38,170 nucleotides of DNA. Origin: Alteromonadales bacterium. GTDB taxonomy: Bacteria > Pseudomonadota > Gammaproteobacteria > Enterobacterales > GCA-2746155. The notes beneath the pieces are model-generated. The model saw nothing but the letters and a program-made list of their open reading frames with translations. It was not told where the DNA came from and searched no databases. The position numbers were made by a program, and so were the translations under genes. Positions 19,435-28,966 of the stretch are shown here, piece by piece. The stretch covers positions 1 to 38,170 of the forward strand of contig CAXRAF010000083.1 in the NCBI GenBank assembly GCA_964228485.1, read 5' to 3'. The stretch's first letter is position 1. Each line of letters opens with the position of its first letter.

Positions 19435-21554
19435 GCTATCACATTCAACCAGGCACAAATTCACCTTTAGGATCGCATTTCGATGGTCATGGTACCAACT
19501 TCGCCATCTTTTCTGCCCATGCTGAAGCGGTTGAGTTATGTCTGTTTGACGCCAGCGGCATGGAAGAAGTACAGCGCATGGAACTGCCGACATTTCAGGA
19601 CGATGTGTTCTGTGGTTACGTTCCGAATCTGTCACCTGGGGCACTGTACGGCTATCGCTGTCACGGGCGTTATGAACCCAAAAACGGTTTACGATTCAAT
19701 CCACATAAACTTTTGTTGGATCCTTACGCACGACAATTGACAGGGAAACTGACACATCACGAGCGTCATTATGACTACGAGCAGGGTAAAGAGGCGGGCG
19801 TGATGAATATGGATAAGCGTGATAGCTCTGCCGTAATGCCCAAATGCATTGTCGCGGAGGAACCGAGCAATCTGCCTGCCTATCAGCCACCTCATGGTCG
19901 ACATGAAATGGTCATTTATGAAATGCATGTGAAGGGTTACAGCCAATTAAATAGCCGCATCAAAACTGAATTACGTGGAACTTACGAAGCAGTTGCCTCT
20001 GATGAATCGATTGCACACCTGAAAGAATTAGGCATCACAGCGGTTGAATTATTACCGGTGCATGCGTCCTCGGCCGAGCCATTTCTGCGTGATAAAGAGA
20101 TGGAAAATTATTGGGGTTATAACCAATACCATTATTTTGCTCTCAATCCATCCTATGCTGATCAAGATGCCTTGAATGAGCTGCGTCACGTCACGCAGAG
20201 ATTACATAAGGCTGGTATACAAGTGATTATCGATGTGGTCTATAACCATACAGCCGAAGGTGGTGAATATGGACCTAGCACGAGTTTTCGTGGCATTGAT
20301 AACCTCAGTTATTACGCCCTTGATCCGCGAAATCTGGCGAGTTATTGGAATCATAGTGGCTGCGGTAACACCTTAAATCTGAGTCATCCGAGGGTATTAC
20401 AACTAGTCATGGATAGTTTGCGCTATCTGGTCGAGAAAGTCGGAGTTGATGGCTTTAGATTTGATCTGGCGACATCATTGGGTCGTGATGATGAGACTAA
20501 ATTTTCTGCACGACATGCCTTCTTCTCATGCCTTAAACAGGATCCGGTGCTAAGCAAGGTGTTGCTCATAGCAGAGCCCTGGGATATTGGTCCAGAGGGT
20601 TATCAGTTAGGTAATTTCCCGGATGATTGGTATGAATGGAACGACCAATTCCGCGATGTCGTCAGGCGCTTCTGGCGCGGTGATAAAAGCATGGCACCGG
20701 ATTTTGCCAAACGCATGCATGGCTCAAGTGATTTATTTGGCGACCGTGGTCGTTCACCCTACGTCAGTTTAAATTTCATTACCGCTCACGATGGCTTCAC
20801 CATGCATGATCTGGTGTCTTACAGCGAGCGTCATAATCAGGCTAATGGTGAAGATAGCCAAGATGGTCATTCGGCAAATTTCTCAGCCAATCATGGAGTT
20901 GAGGGTGAGACCAATGACCGCGGAATTAATCGCTTGCGCTTGCAGCAAAAGAAAAACTTGCTCGCCTCGTTATTGCTAGCACAAGGAACTCCGATGTTAT
21001 TGGCTGGCGATGAGGTGAGTAACTCTCAAGACGGCAATAACAACGCCTACTGCCAAGATAACGAAATCGGATGGATTAACTGGAATAAAGATCAAGAAGC
21101 CGATCTGACAGGCTTCATTTCGATGTTGATTCAATTACGTCAACATCACCCACTAATTAACCGCCCAACACTCCCGCATGGACTGACGGTGTCTGACAAA
21201 ACGGGGCTAACAGACATTAGCTGGATACGGAGTGATGGAAATTTAATGACCCCCGACGATTGGGAAGATAGCGATTTGCAGTGTTTTGCAATGATGCTTG
21301 CAGCGACACAAGACCCATTGTCACCGTCACATGGTGATAAGAGCTGTAGTCTTGATGACGCAATTATCTTTATCTTCAATCAATCAAATCAAAATCATGG
21401 TTTTCTGTTGCCTAAACACAATGGAAATTGGGGCATTGATTTTGATACAGCTGAGACTGAGCACAGCGACAGACAGCAAGCCGTTAGCGGTTCGTCTATC
21501 GAGGTGAGTGCGCATAGTTTTGTGATGTGTAGCTACAGTCATAGCGATGAATAA
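19431..21554 (+). CDS. glgX: Glycogen debranching enzyme (isoamylase-type GH13)
   Basis: 707-aa ORF with GSHFDGHGTNFAIFSAHAEAVELCLFD at the N-terminus and the motifs VIDVVYNHTAEG, GFRFDLATSLGR, IAEPWDIGPEGYQLGNFP and FITAHDGFTMHDLVSY. The start overlaps the glgB stop (ATGA). Confidence 0.93.
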   Translation: MSYHIQPGTNSPLGSHFDGHGTNFAIFSAHAEAVELCLFDASGMEEVQRMELPTFQDDVFCGYVPNLSPGALYGYRCHGRYEPKNGLRFNPHKLLLDPYARQLTGKLTHHERHYDYEQGKEAGVMNMDKRDSSAVMPKCIVAEEPSNLPAYQPPHGRHEMVIYEMHVKGYSQLNSRIKTELRGTYEAVASDESIAHLKELGITAVELLPVHASSAEPFLRDKEMENYWGYNQYHYFALNPSYADQDALNELRHVTQRLHKAGIQVIIDVVYNHTAEGGEYGPSTSFRGIDNLSYYALDPRNLASYWNHSGCGNTLNLSHPRVLQLVMDSLRYLVEKVGVDGFRFDLATSLGRDDETKFSARHAFFSCLKQDPVLSKVLLIAEPWDIGPEGYQLGNFPDDWYEWNDQFRDVVRRFWRGDKSMAPDFAKRMHGSSDLFGDRGRSPYVSLNFITAHDGFTMHDLVSYSERHNQANGEDSQDGHSANFSANHGVEGETNDRGINRLRLQQKKNLLASLLLAQGTPMLLAGDEVSNSQDGNNNAYCQDNEIGWINWNKDQEADLTGFISMLIQLRQHHPLINRPTLPHGLTVSDKTGLTDISWIRSDGNLMTPDDWEDSDLQCFAMMLAATQDPLSPSHGDKSCSLDDAIIFIFNQSNQNHGFLLPKHNGNWGIDFDTAETEHSDRQQAVSGSSIEVSAHSFVMCSYSHSDE

Positions 21555-21570
21555 GAGTTGATATAATAAT

Positions 21571-23736
21571 ATGAATACCTTAAATCAATTAGCAGAAAAG
21601 CTGGGCTTCTTACCGTCTTACATCAATTGTTTTGGTGATCAGGTAACGAACTCTCCCGAAGCATTACAATCACTTGTCGGCGCACTTGGTTACGATACCA
21701 GTTCAGAAGAAAAACTTGCCGCTGCAGCGACTGAAATTGACAATCACTCCTGGTTGAATGTGCTCGCAGATACGATCGTAATTGGCATTGAGGGTGAGGA
21801 TCAGGATATTACCTTCAGTTATTCCGGTGATTACACAGCGGTTAGTTGGCAATGTCTGTGTGACAATGGCACCAAACTGTCTGGTCGTGCGCAATTATCC
21901 GATATTGTTCCGCTTGAGAACAAAACCATTGCTGGCAATACCTATCAGAAGTATCGTCTCAGATTGAGTAATATTCCGATGGGATATCAGCAACTGACCA
22001 TCATCATTAATGATACGCACTACGATTGTCACCTGATTGCCGCACCACGCAAATGTTATTCTCCTGCTGATGCTAACTTTAAACGTATCTGGGGATTAGC
22101 GGCGCAACTGTACTCGCTTAGTTCACCCACTAGCTGGGGGATCGGTGATTTTGCCTGTCTGTATGACATGGTTGAGTCCGCATGCGCAAAGCAAATGGGC
22201 GCAATTGGTCTGAATCCATTGCATCCGCTATTTCCGAGTAATCCGGCTCACCGCAGCCCATACTCACCCACCAGTCGTTGTTTTCTCAACACCATGTATA
22301 TCGCGGTAGATCAGGTCGATGGTTATCAGGGTACCGAAGCTCTCGAGGCGTGGATGGCTGGCGATGAGTTCAAAAATTTACTTAGTCAGGTGCAACAGAG
22401 TGAGCTGATCGATTACGAAACAGTGGGTTATCTGAAGTTCAAGGCATTAAGAATGATCTTTGAACAGCATAAGGAGCAATTACTCAGTCTGGACACGGAT
22501 ATGGGTGAAGATTTTGCGCGCTTCAGAGCCACCGAGGGCAGAGATTTAGAGTTGTTGGCTACCTACGATGCTTTGTACCATCATTTTGTCAAAGATGAGC
22601 AGTATGGCTGGTTTGCCTGGCCTGAGGAATATCATAACCCTGACTCTGAGTCGGTACGTGATTTTGTCTCGCAGAATGAGGATGAAGTGCATTACTATGC
22701 TTGGTTGCAATATGTTTCCGACAAGCAGCTGCGACAGGTGACAGAATTCGCTAAACTAAAGGGCATGCCGGTTGGCTTGTATTTGGATTTAGCGGTTGGT
22801 TGTGATGGTGGTGGCGCCGAAGTCTGGAGCAATCAACCAGCCTATCTGGCTGGTGCTTCGGTGGGTGCGCCCCCTGATGCCATGAACGTACTGGGTCAGG
22901 ATTGGGGACTAACTCCAATTAACCCCTTCGTATTGAAACAGCAGGAATATAAACCGCTTGCTAAGGCACTCCGCTGTAGCATGAAGTATGCCGGTGCACT
23001 TCGAATCGACCATATTCTGGGCTTCATGCGTCAATATTGGGTTGCCCCGGGCATGGCCGCCGATCAAGGTATCTATATCCGCTTTCCAATGGATGAAATG
23101 TTCCGCATCATCGCTCTGGAATCTCATCGTAATCAGTGTGTTGTTATCGGGGAAGATCTGGGAACTGTGCCAGAGGGCTTCGATAAGATCATGGAGCAGG
23201 CCGGATTACTCTCCTACAAGGTGCTATTCTTCGAGCGCTGGGAGTCAGGTCTGTACAAGCGACCAGAGTTATATCCTGAACAATCCATGGCCACAGTGTC
23301 GACGCATGACTTGCACACGCTGGTTGGCTGGTGGACTGGTCGTGACTTACAGTGGCGCAGAGATTTGAATCTCTATCCGAATACTGAAATGCGTGATAAT
23401 GAGGAAGCTGGTCGGCCCGGTGATCGAGAGGCATTACTCGCCGCGATGGTCGATTACGGATTATTGAATGGTGAGTTCAAAGATCTGAATGATAAGGAGC
23501 GCATGCACTTGTTATCTTTATGTGTGCAGAAGTTCCTTGGAGAATCGAACAGTGCCATACAGCTGATACCGCTCGAGGATGCTTTGGAACTCGAGGAGCA
23601 AGTCAATATTCCCGGTACCATCGAGGAGCATCCAAACTGGAAACGTAAGATTCCTATTCCGGTGGATGCTATCTGGCATAACAAGAATGCCGCTGAACTC
23701 ATTGCTATGATGCAGAAAACCCGACCATTGGTCTGA
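21571..23736 (+). CDS. malQ: 4-alpha-glucanotransferase (amylomaltase, GH77), long form with an N-terminal domain
   Basis: 721-aa ORF with GH77 motifs: GIGDFACL, LNPLHPL, RIDHILGFMRQYWV, VIGEDLGTVPEGF and TVSTHDLHTLVGWW. Confidence 0.93.
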   Translation: MNTLNQLAEKLGFLPSYINCFGDQVTNSPEALQSLVGALGYDTSSEEKLAAAATEIDNHSWLNVLADTIVIGIEGEDQDITFSYSGDYTAVSWQCLCDNGTKLSGRAQLSDIVPLENKTIAGNTYQKYRLRLSNIPMGYQQLTIIINDTHYDCHLIAAPRKCYSPADANFKRIWGLAAQLYSLSSPTSWGIGDFACLYDMVESACAKQMGAIGLNPLHPLFPSNPAHRSPYSPTSRCFLNTMYIAVDQVDGYQGTEALEAWMAGDEFKNLLSQVQQSELIDYETVGYLKFKALRMIFEQHKEQLLSLDTDMGEDFARFRATEGRDLELLATYDALYHHFVKDEQYGWFAWPEEYHNPDSESVRDFVSQNEDEVHYYAWLQYVSDKQLRQVTEFAKLKGMPVGLYLDLAVGCDGGGAEVWSNQPAYLAGASVGAPPDAMNVLGQDWGLTPINPFVLKQQEYKPLAKALRCSMKYAGALRIDHILGFMRQYWVAPGMAADQGIYIRFPMDEMFRIIALESHRNQCVVIGEDLGTVPEGFDKIMEQAGLLSYKVLFFERWESGLYKRPELYPEQSMATVSTHDLHTLVGWWTGRDLQWRRDLNLYPNTEMRDNEEAGRPGDREALLAAMVDYGLLNGEFKDLNDKERMHLLSLCVQKFLGESNSAIQLIPLEDALELEEQVNIPGTIEEHPNWKRKIPIPVDAIWHNKNAAELIAMMQKTRPLV

Positions 23737-23745
23737 TTTCGTTAA

Positions 23746-23769
23746 TGTGGGGTCAATCATGGCCCCACA
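23746..23769 (+). terminator. GC-rich hairpin downstream of malQ (no T-tract)
   Basis: TGTGGGGTC-aatcat-GGCCCCACA forms a 9-bp stem including one wobble pair, 10 nt after the malQ stop. No U-run follows, so it may be a stability element or a Rho-dependent terminator rather than an intrinsic one. Confidence 0.35.
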
Positions 23770-23988
23770 ACCCGCCATAACTTTCAAAATAACGCCGTTT
23801 TTGTTTCAAAATCACGAACTTGCGACCTGATTCACGGAATATTCAGGTTAGGATTGTGATAATCGATCATTTGAAATAGCAATTTTTAATGCCTACCATA
23901 AATTCATGATATGGTGGTCGCCATTGAATGCATTTTGCTGTACTAATTGCTCTCAAAGTCTAACAACCTAATCAGAGGAGCCGACTTA

Positions 23989-26900
23989 ATGTCAACTGGT
24001 CGAATCAAGCATAGTATCACCGCCATTTTTGTATCATTCATCAGCTTTGCAGTACTGGCTGCACCCAACACTGATACAGAAACCAACTATCGTCTTATTG
24101 ATGCCTCAAATGGCAAGTCGTTTGAAAAGTTCACACGTCAATCCCCGCTTAAGAAATTTTATCCAGAGCAGGGTCTGACAGGCGAACATAATTATATCGT
24201 TCGACTAGAGCACCAGCCGGTATCAACTTACCATGGTGGCATCGCTGATTACGAAGCGACTGCACCAGGCTACGCCAATGAATTCAAGCAGCGCTTAAAA
24301 GCTGGATTTGGCAAGCAGAGTTTTGCGCACCGTCAGTCATTGAAGCTTGATTTTTCCAATCCTGCTGTCAAAAAATATCAACAGTTTCTCGCTACAGAGC
24401 AGCAACGTTTTGTGGATAAGTCATCATCAATAATCGGTGGCAATTTAAATGTTACCGCACGCATGACCAACGCCTTCAACGGTGTTGTGCTAAATCTGAC
24501 CCAAGCTCAAGCGATGCGTTTGGCTGAGATGAGCGAGGTGACGTTTATTGAGCGTGAGCAAGTTATCCAGTTAGATACTGACAGAGGGCCGGAGCTCATC
24601 GGTGCGCCCAACGTTTGGGATGCTACAGCAACCGGTACTAATCATTATGGTGAGGGCACCATCGTCGGTATTATCGATAGTGGTATTAACTCAGATCACC
24701 CGTCATTTGCAGCTGAGTCTGGCGATGGTTATGTCCATACCAACCCATTGGGTGATGGTGTTTATATCGGTGATTGTGAGGTCAACTTCCCCGAGATGTG
24801 TAACAGTAAACTCATCGGTGTCCGCTCTTACCCGAGAGTCACGGATATCTATCAGGATACCGCTGTCTTTGGTGATACCCCACCGCCAGCAAATGGTGAG
24901 GATTACGATGGCCATGGCACGCATGTCGCAAGTACCGCGGCCGGTAATGTCCTCATCAACTTACCGCTCTATGCTGCTGAGCGAGGTGCGGTAGAAAGTG
25001 ATGGCTTAATTGCTACCTCAAATAATGTCTTCCCTCAGGTTACTGGGGTCGCACCTCGGGCAAATATCATTGCCTATCAGGTTTGTGCACCGGGCGCCTC
25101 CGGTGATACCTATTCGGGTTGTTACACCTCAACCATGCTACAGGCAATTGAAGACGCGACCACTGATGGAGTCGATGCGCTCAACATGTCTATCAGTGGT
25201 GGCAGTAATCCATGGAGTTACTCCATAGCTCAGGCTTTCTTGGCAGCGCAAGAAGCGGGTATTTTTGTGGCAATTTCAGCAGGAAACAGTGGTCCTGAAC
25301 CTGCAACCACAGTCAAGAATGCGCCGTGGTATAGCTCTGTTGCTGCATCAACCCATGGTCGTACACTGTCATTTAACACAAAAACACTTAGTAGTTTAAC
25401 CGGCGGAAGTACCACACCGCCGAGCACCATTTCGGGTAGTGGGGCGACGCCTGGTCTTACCGCAGCTATTGTTTACGCCGGTGATTTCGCTAATCCCAAT
25501 GACCCTGATAATGACTCTGCCCAGTGTCTGGAGCCATTTCCAGAGGGCACTTTCTCGGGTCAAATCGTGGTCTGTGATCGTGGTGAGATAGCCCGAGTTC
25601 AGAAAGCGGCTAATGTCGCTGCAGGTGGTGCTGGTGGTTACATTCTTGCTAACGTGCCTGATGGAGCAACGAATCTGGCGAATGATACCTACGTCGTTCC
25701 TGGTATACAGATTTCTGCCGCTGACGGCACAACTCTGAAAACCTGGCTAGCAACTGGCTCTGATCATACCGGTACGATTAATGCCTCATCGGCCACTCGA
25801 ACGATTGGTAGTTTTGACAGGCTCGCAGGTTTCTCTTCGCGTGGGCCAAATATCACTGTACCTGATGTGATGGTGCCGACTGTGGCCGCTCCCGGAGTGT
25901 CCATTTATGCTGCTTATGCTGACCAACAATTTGGCCATGATGTCACAGCTCCGACGCCCACTGATTTTACATTCCTGCAAGGTACTTCAATGGCGAGTCC
26001 TCATGTGGCAGGTGCGGGTGCACTGTTAAAGTCAGTTCATCCAAGTTGGACACCAGATAACATTCGTTCTGCTTTAATGATGACTGCCGAGCGTAACATG
26101 GTCAAAGAGGACGGTGTCACGGCAGCAGATATCTTTGATATGGGCTCAGGTCGAATCAATGTCGATCTGGCCGCTAAAACCGGTCTGGTGATGGATGAGA
26201 GTGCAGCAAATTATCAAGCAGCGAACCCGGCTACGGGTGGTGATCCGAAAACTCTAAACATACCCAGCATGGGTAATACCCAATGTACTTCAACCTGTAC
26301 CTGGACACGAGAGGTGACTGCGACACGCAATGCCAGTTGGACCTTATCGACGCAATCTAACAATCCGGATATTACCTTCAGCGTATCACCAGCAACATTC
26401 ACTCTGACCACAGGTGAATCTCAAGTATTAACCATTACCGCCAGCTCCAGTGGTGCCAGTAGTGGCTCACAGGCCATTGGCTACATTAACCTGACATCGA
26501 GCGATGCTGATATACCTGATTTACATATGCCCGCCTTTGTTACGGTCAATACCACTAATTTACCGGAGTCTGTCGCGGTTGATATCCGCCGTAATTCGGG
26601 TGCTTATGTCCTGCGTGATACCACTGCGATTGCCATCACTGATTTAACAGCACGTGTATACGGCTTACAAAAAGCAACCATCACCGAAGTATTGTTACCT
26701 CAGGATTCAGATAACAGCACACCATTCGACAGCAATACTGATGGTGTCTTACAAACCAATGTAACCTTGAATAACGATTCTCCACTGTTTTGGATTAATC
26801 TGGCCCAATCAACGGCAGATGATATGGATTTATTCGTCGGTTTAGATACCAATGGCGATGGCGTAGCCGATGAGAGTGAATTACTTTGTTCATCGATTAG

Positions 26901-28965
26901 TCCTACCTCAGACGAGGTATGTGAACTCGAAAATGCCGTGGCCGGTGACTATTGGATTCTGGTGCAAAACTATACTGCTACCGAGCAAGTTGATAGCACC
27001 TTGCTGCGTTATGCCTATGTGCCTGAGACCGATGCCGGTAATCTCACAGTATCGTCAATACAAAATCAACCTGCCTTTGTGCCGTTCGACATAACCCTCA
27101 GTTGGTCCGATGATATGCAAGAGGGGGACGTTTTCTTAGGTGCCTTTGATTTAGCGACTGACTCAGATCCGGGATCGGTTGGAAATCTGGGACGTACGAT
27201 TGTGGTGCTGAATCGAATCCAAGATGATGTGAGTCTGAGTTTCAGTAATACTACACCGGCAGAGGGTGATCGTGTATCGGTTACTGTTGATGTGCTATCA
27301 AACCGCTCAGATGAAGCGATTGACTATACTATCGATGCGCTCATTCCGGTGGGTCTGACTGTTGACGAAACATCCATTGCTACCTCTGATGGCTCAATGG
27401 CCAACGTCTCGAGTGCCGCCAATGGTACTCAGGTCAGCTGGTCTCCAAGCCGAGCGGCCTATGATCCATCCCTGAATACCTACCTATCATCAACCAGTGT
27501 CACTGATAGTACCTGCCAAGTGCCAAACTTAGGGCAGGGCAGTGGCTATCTGGATCTGGAACAATTTGGTGTTAACTTTAACTCCATGGATGGTGACGAG
27601 GGCGCAACCCGGTATGCCATTCCGTTTAAGTTTTTGGATACCGTCTATGATGATTTCTATATCTCAGCCAATGGCATCATCACCTTAGGCGCGGCACCGC
27701 CGAATACATCCTTCGTGCATCAGCGCGTTCCATCCGCTGAAGAGCCAAATAATCTGGTGGCGCCATTGTGGCGTGACTTCCAACTCAGCAAAGAGACTGG
27801 CTCTGGTGTGAGTGTGGCCTCTGCGGGTCCTTGGATTATCGTCGAATTTGATGATATGCGACCATTCAGCTACTACGATGGCGATACCAGCATTACTGAT
27901 ATGTTGGACTTTGAGATGTTGATCAACAGCGACACGGGTGATTTCTATTTTGCCTACGCTAATGTCACTCAAGGTGGCGGCGATGATATGGGTGGCACCA
28001 TTGGTTGGGAAAACGGCGATGGTACCAGCGGTGATTATCTCATATATGTAGGTGGTCTCTACGACGATGGTCTGGGTGATACTGGATCATTTACTGAGGT
28101 CAATGATACTCTGGTGGTTTGTTACGAGGCGGTAACTCCCAACAGTGACCCATTAACCCTGACATTCGATGTGATAGTGGATGCCGGTACGACATCACAG
28201 ACACTGACAACCGTATTGACCAGTGATGTGTCACTTGCTGGTGGAATGCCTGAATCCAGTGAGTATGACCTCAGAGTGGGCGGCAACATTGTCATTGATC
28301 CACGCATAGGTACCTTAAACACGCAAGAAGATACGCCAATCACAATTACCGTCAACTACACCTCGCCTTCAGCGAACAATACCATTACCGTTAGCGCTGA
28401 TTCTGGCACAGTGGGTGAATTGAGTAGTATGTCATCTGGTGCGATGTTTGATATTACACCTGACACTGACTTCAATGGTACTATCGCTGCGACTATAACG
28501 ATCACGAGTGATGATGATCCACAGCTATCGGCCACTGATAGCTTCCTAATCGAAGTGCTACCTGTCAATGATGCGCCAACGGTAACTGCGACTTCATCTG
28601 GTTCTAATACAGTCACACTGACTGCTAATGCATCGGATGTCGACAGTAATAATCTAACCTACAATTGGACCCAAACAGCGGGACCAACGGTCACCATTAG
28701 CAACGCTGATCAATCGACAGCGACTGTGAGTAATGCCAATGCAACCTCTGGTACGTTGACCTTCCAGGTAACTGTGAGTGATGGCGAGTTCGAAGCAACC
28801 GCTTCGACTTCAATCACCGTCACAGCAACACCCCCACCACAGCCACCCTCGAATGGTGGTGGCGGCGGTGGCTCCACCGGACCTTGGACATTCATGGTAC
28901 TGATGATGTTGTTCATTGCCCGATTGTGGCGTAACCGCTCACTCACGAGCGGCCATGGGAGATAA
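23989..28965 (+). CDS. Secreted multidomain subtilisin-family (peptidase S8) serine protease with PA insert, PPC, cadherin-like and PKD-like modules and a GlyGly-CTERM-like sorting tail
   Basis: ATG 23989 has GAGGAG 8 nt upstream, whereas the track ORF uses TTG 23947. There is a signal peptide (ITAIFVSFISFAVLA|AP) and an I9-like propeptide (NYIVRLEHQPVSTYHGG). The catalytic triad motifs are IVGIIDSGI (Asp), DYDGHGTHVASTAAGN (His) and LQGTSMASPHVAGAGALL (Ser), with the oxyanion motif ISAGNSGP. A PA-like insert is present (IVVCDRGEIARVQKAANVAAGGAGGYILAN). The C-terminus ...NGGGGGGSTGPWTFMVLMMLFIARLWRNR... is a Gly-run, then a TM helix, then a basic cluster. Confidence 0.9.
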   Translation: MSTGRIKHSITAIFVSFISFAVLAAPNTDTETNYRLIDASNGKSFEKFTRQSPLKKFYPEQGLTGEHNYIVRLEHQPVSTYHGGIADYEATAPGYANEFKQRLKAGFGKQSFAHRQSLKLDFSNPAVKKYQQFLATEQQRFVDKSSSIIGGNLNVTARMTNAFNGVVLNLTQAQAMRLAEMSEVTFIEREQVIQLDTDRGPELIGAPNVWDATATGTNHYGEGTIVGIIDSGINSDHPSFAAESGDGYVHTNPLGDGVYIGDCEVNFPEMCNSKLIGVRSYPRVTDIYQDTAVFGDTPPPANGEDYDGHGTHVASTAAGNVLINLPLYAAERGAVESDGLIATSNNVFPQVTGVAPRANIIAYQVCAPGASGDTYSGCYTSTMLQAIEDATTDGVDALNMSISGGSNPWSYSIAQAFLAAQEAGIFVAISAGNSGPEPATTVKNAPWYSSVAASTHGRTLSFNTKTLSSLTGGSTTPPSTISGSGATPGLTAAIVYAGDFANPNDPDNDSAQCLEPFPEGTFSGQIVVCDRGEIARVQKAANVAAGGAGGYILANVPDGATNLANDTYVVPGIQISAADGTTLKTWLATGSDHTGTINASSATRTIGSFDRLAGFSSRGPNITVPDVMVPTVAAPGVSIYAAYADQQFGHDVTAPTPTDFTFLQGTSMASPHVAGAGALLKSVHPSWTPDNIRSALMMTAERNMVKEDGVTAADIFDMGSGRINVDLAAKTGLVMDESAANYQAANPATGGDPKTLNIPSMGNTQCTSTCTWTREVTATRNASWTLSTQSNNPDITFSVSPATFTLTTGESQVLTITASSSGASSGSQAIGYINLTSSDADIPDLHMPAFVTVNTTNLPESVAVDIRRNSGAYVLRDTTAIAITDLTARVYGLQKATITEVLLPQDSDNSTPFDSNTDGVLQTNVTLNNDSPLFWINLAQSTADDMDLFVGLDTNGDGVADESELLCSSISPTSDEVCELENAVAGDYWILVQNYTATEQVDSTLLRYAYVPETDAGNLTVSSIQNQPAFVPFDITLSWSDDMQEGDVFLGAFDLATDSDPGSVGNLGRTIVVLNRIQDDVSLSFSNTTPAEGDRVSVTVDVLSNRSDEAIDYTIDALIPVGLTVDETSIATSDGSMANVSSAANGTQVSWSPSRAAYDPSLNTYLSSTSVTDSTCQVPNLGQGSGYLDLEQFGVNFNSMDGDEGATRYAIPFKFLDTVYDDFYISANGIITLGAAPPNTSFVHQRVPSAEEPNNLVAPLWRDFQLSKETGSGVSVASAGPWIIVEFDDMRPFSYYDGDTSITDMLDFEMLINSDTGDFYFAYANVTQGGGDDMGGTIGWENGDGTSGDYLIYVGGLYDDGLGDTGSFTEVNDTLVVCYEAVTPNSDPLTLTFDVIVDAGTTSQTLTTVLTSDVSLAGGMPESSEYDLRVGGNIVIDPRIGTLNTQEDTPITITVNYTSPSANNTITVSADSGTVGELSSMSSGAMFDITPDTDFNGTIAATITITSDDDPQLSATDSFLIEVLPVNDAPTVTATSSGSNTVTLTANASDVDSNNLTYNWTQTAGPTVTISNADQSTATVSNANATSGTLTFQVTVSDGEFEATASTSITVTATPPPQPPSNGGGGGGSTGPWTFMVLMMLFIARLWRNRSLTSGHGR

Positions 28966-28966
28966 T

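Noticed and set aside
19096-19644. 182-aa antisense ORF across the glgB/glgX junction
   Set aside because: It is opposite well-supported GH13 genes, and the translation shows no domain-like features or signals.
23947-23988. TTG start giving 14 extra residues on the protease
   Set aside because: ATG 23989 has a strong GAGGAG SD at proper spacing and yields a normal signal peptide. The TTG start has no SD.
28916-28966. Upstream ATG for the lipoprotein ORF, overlapping the protease 3' end
   Set aside because: It would add 17 non-signal residues ahead of the lipobox signal peptide. ATG 28967 with GGGAG upstream gives a canonical lipoprotein precursor.
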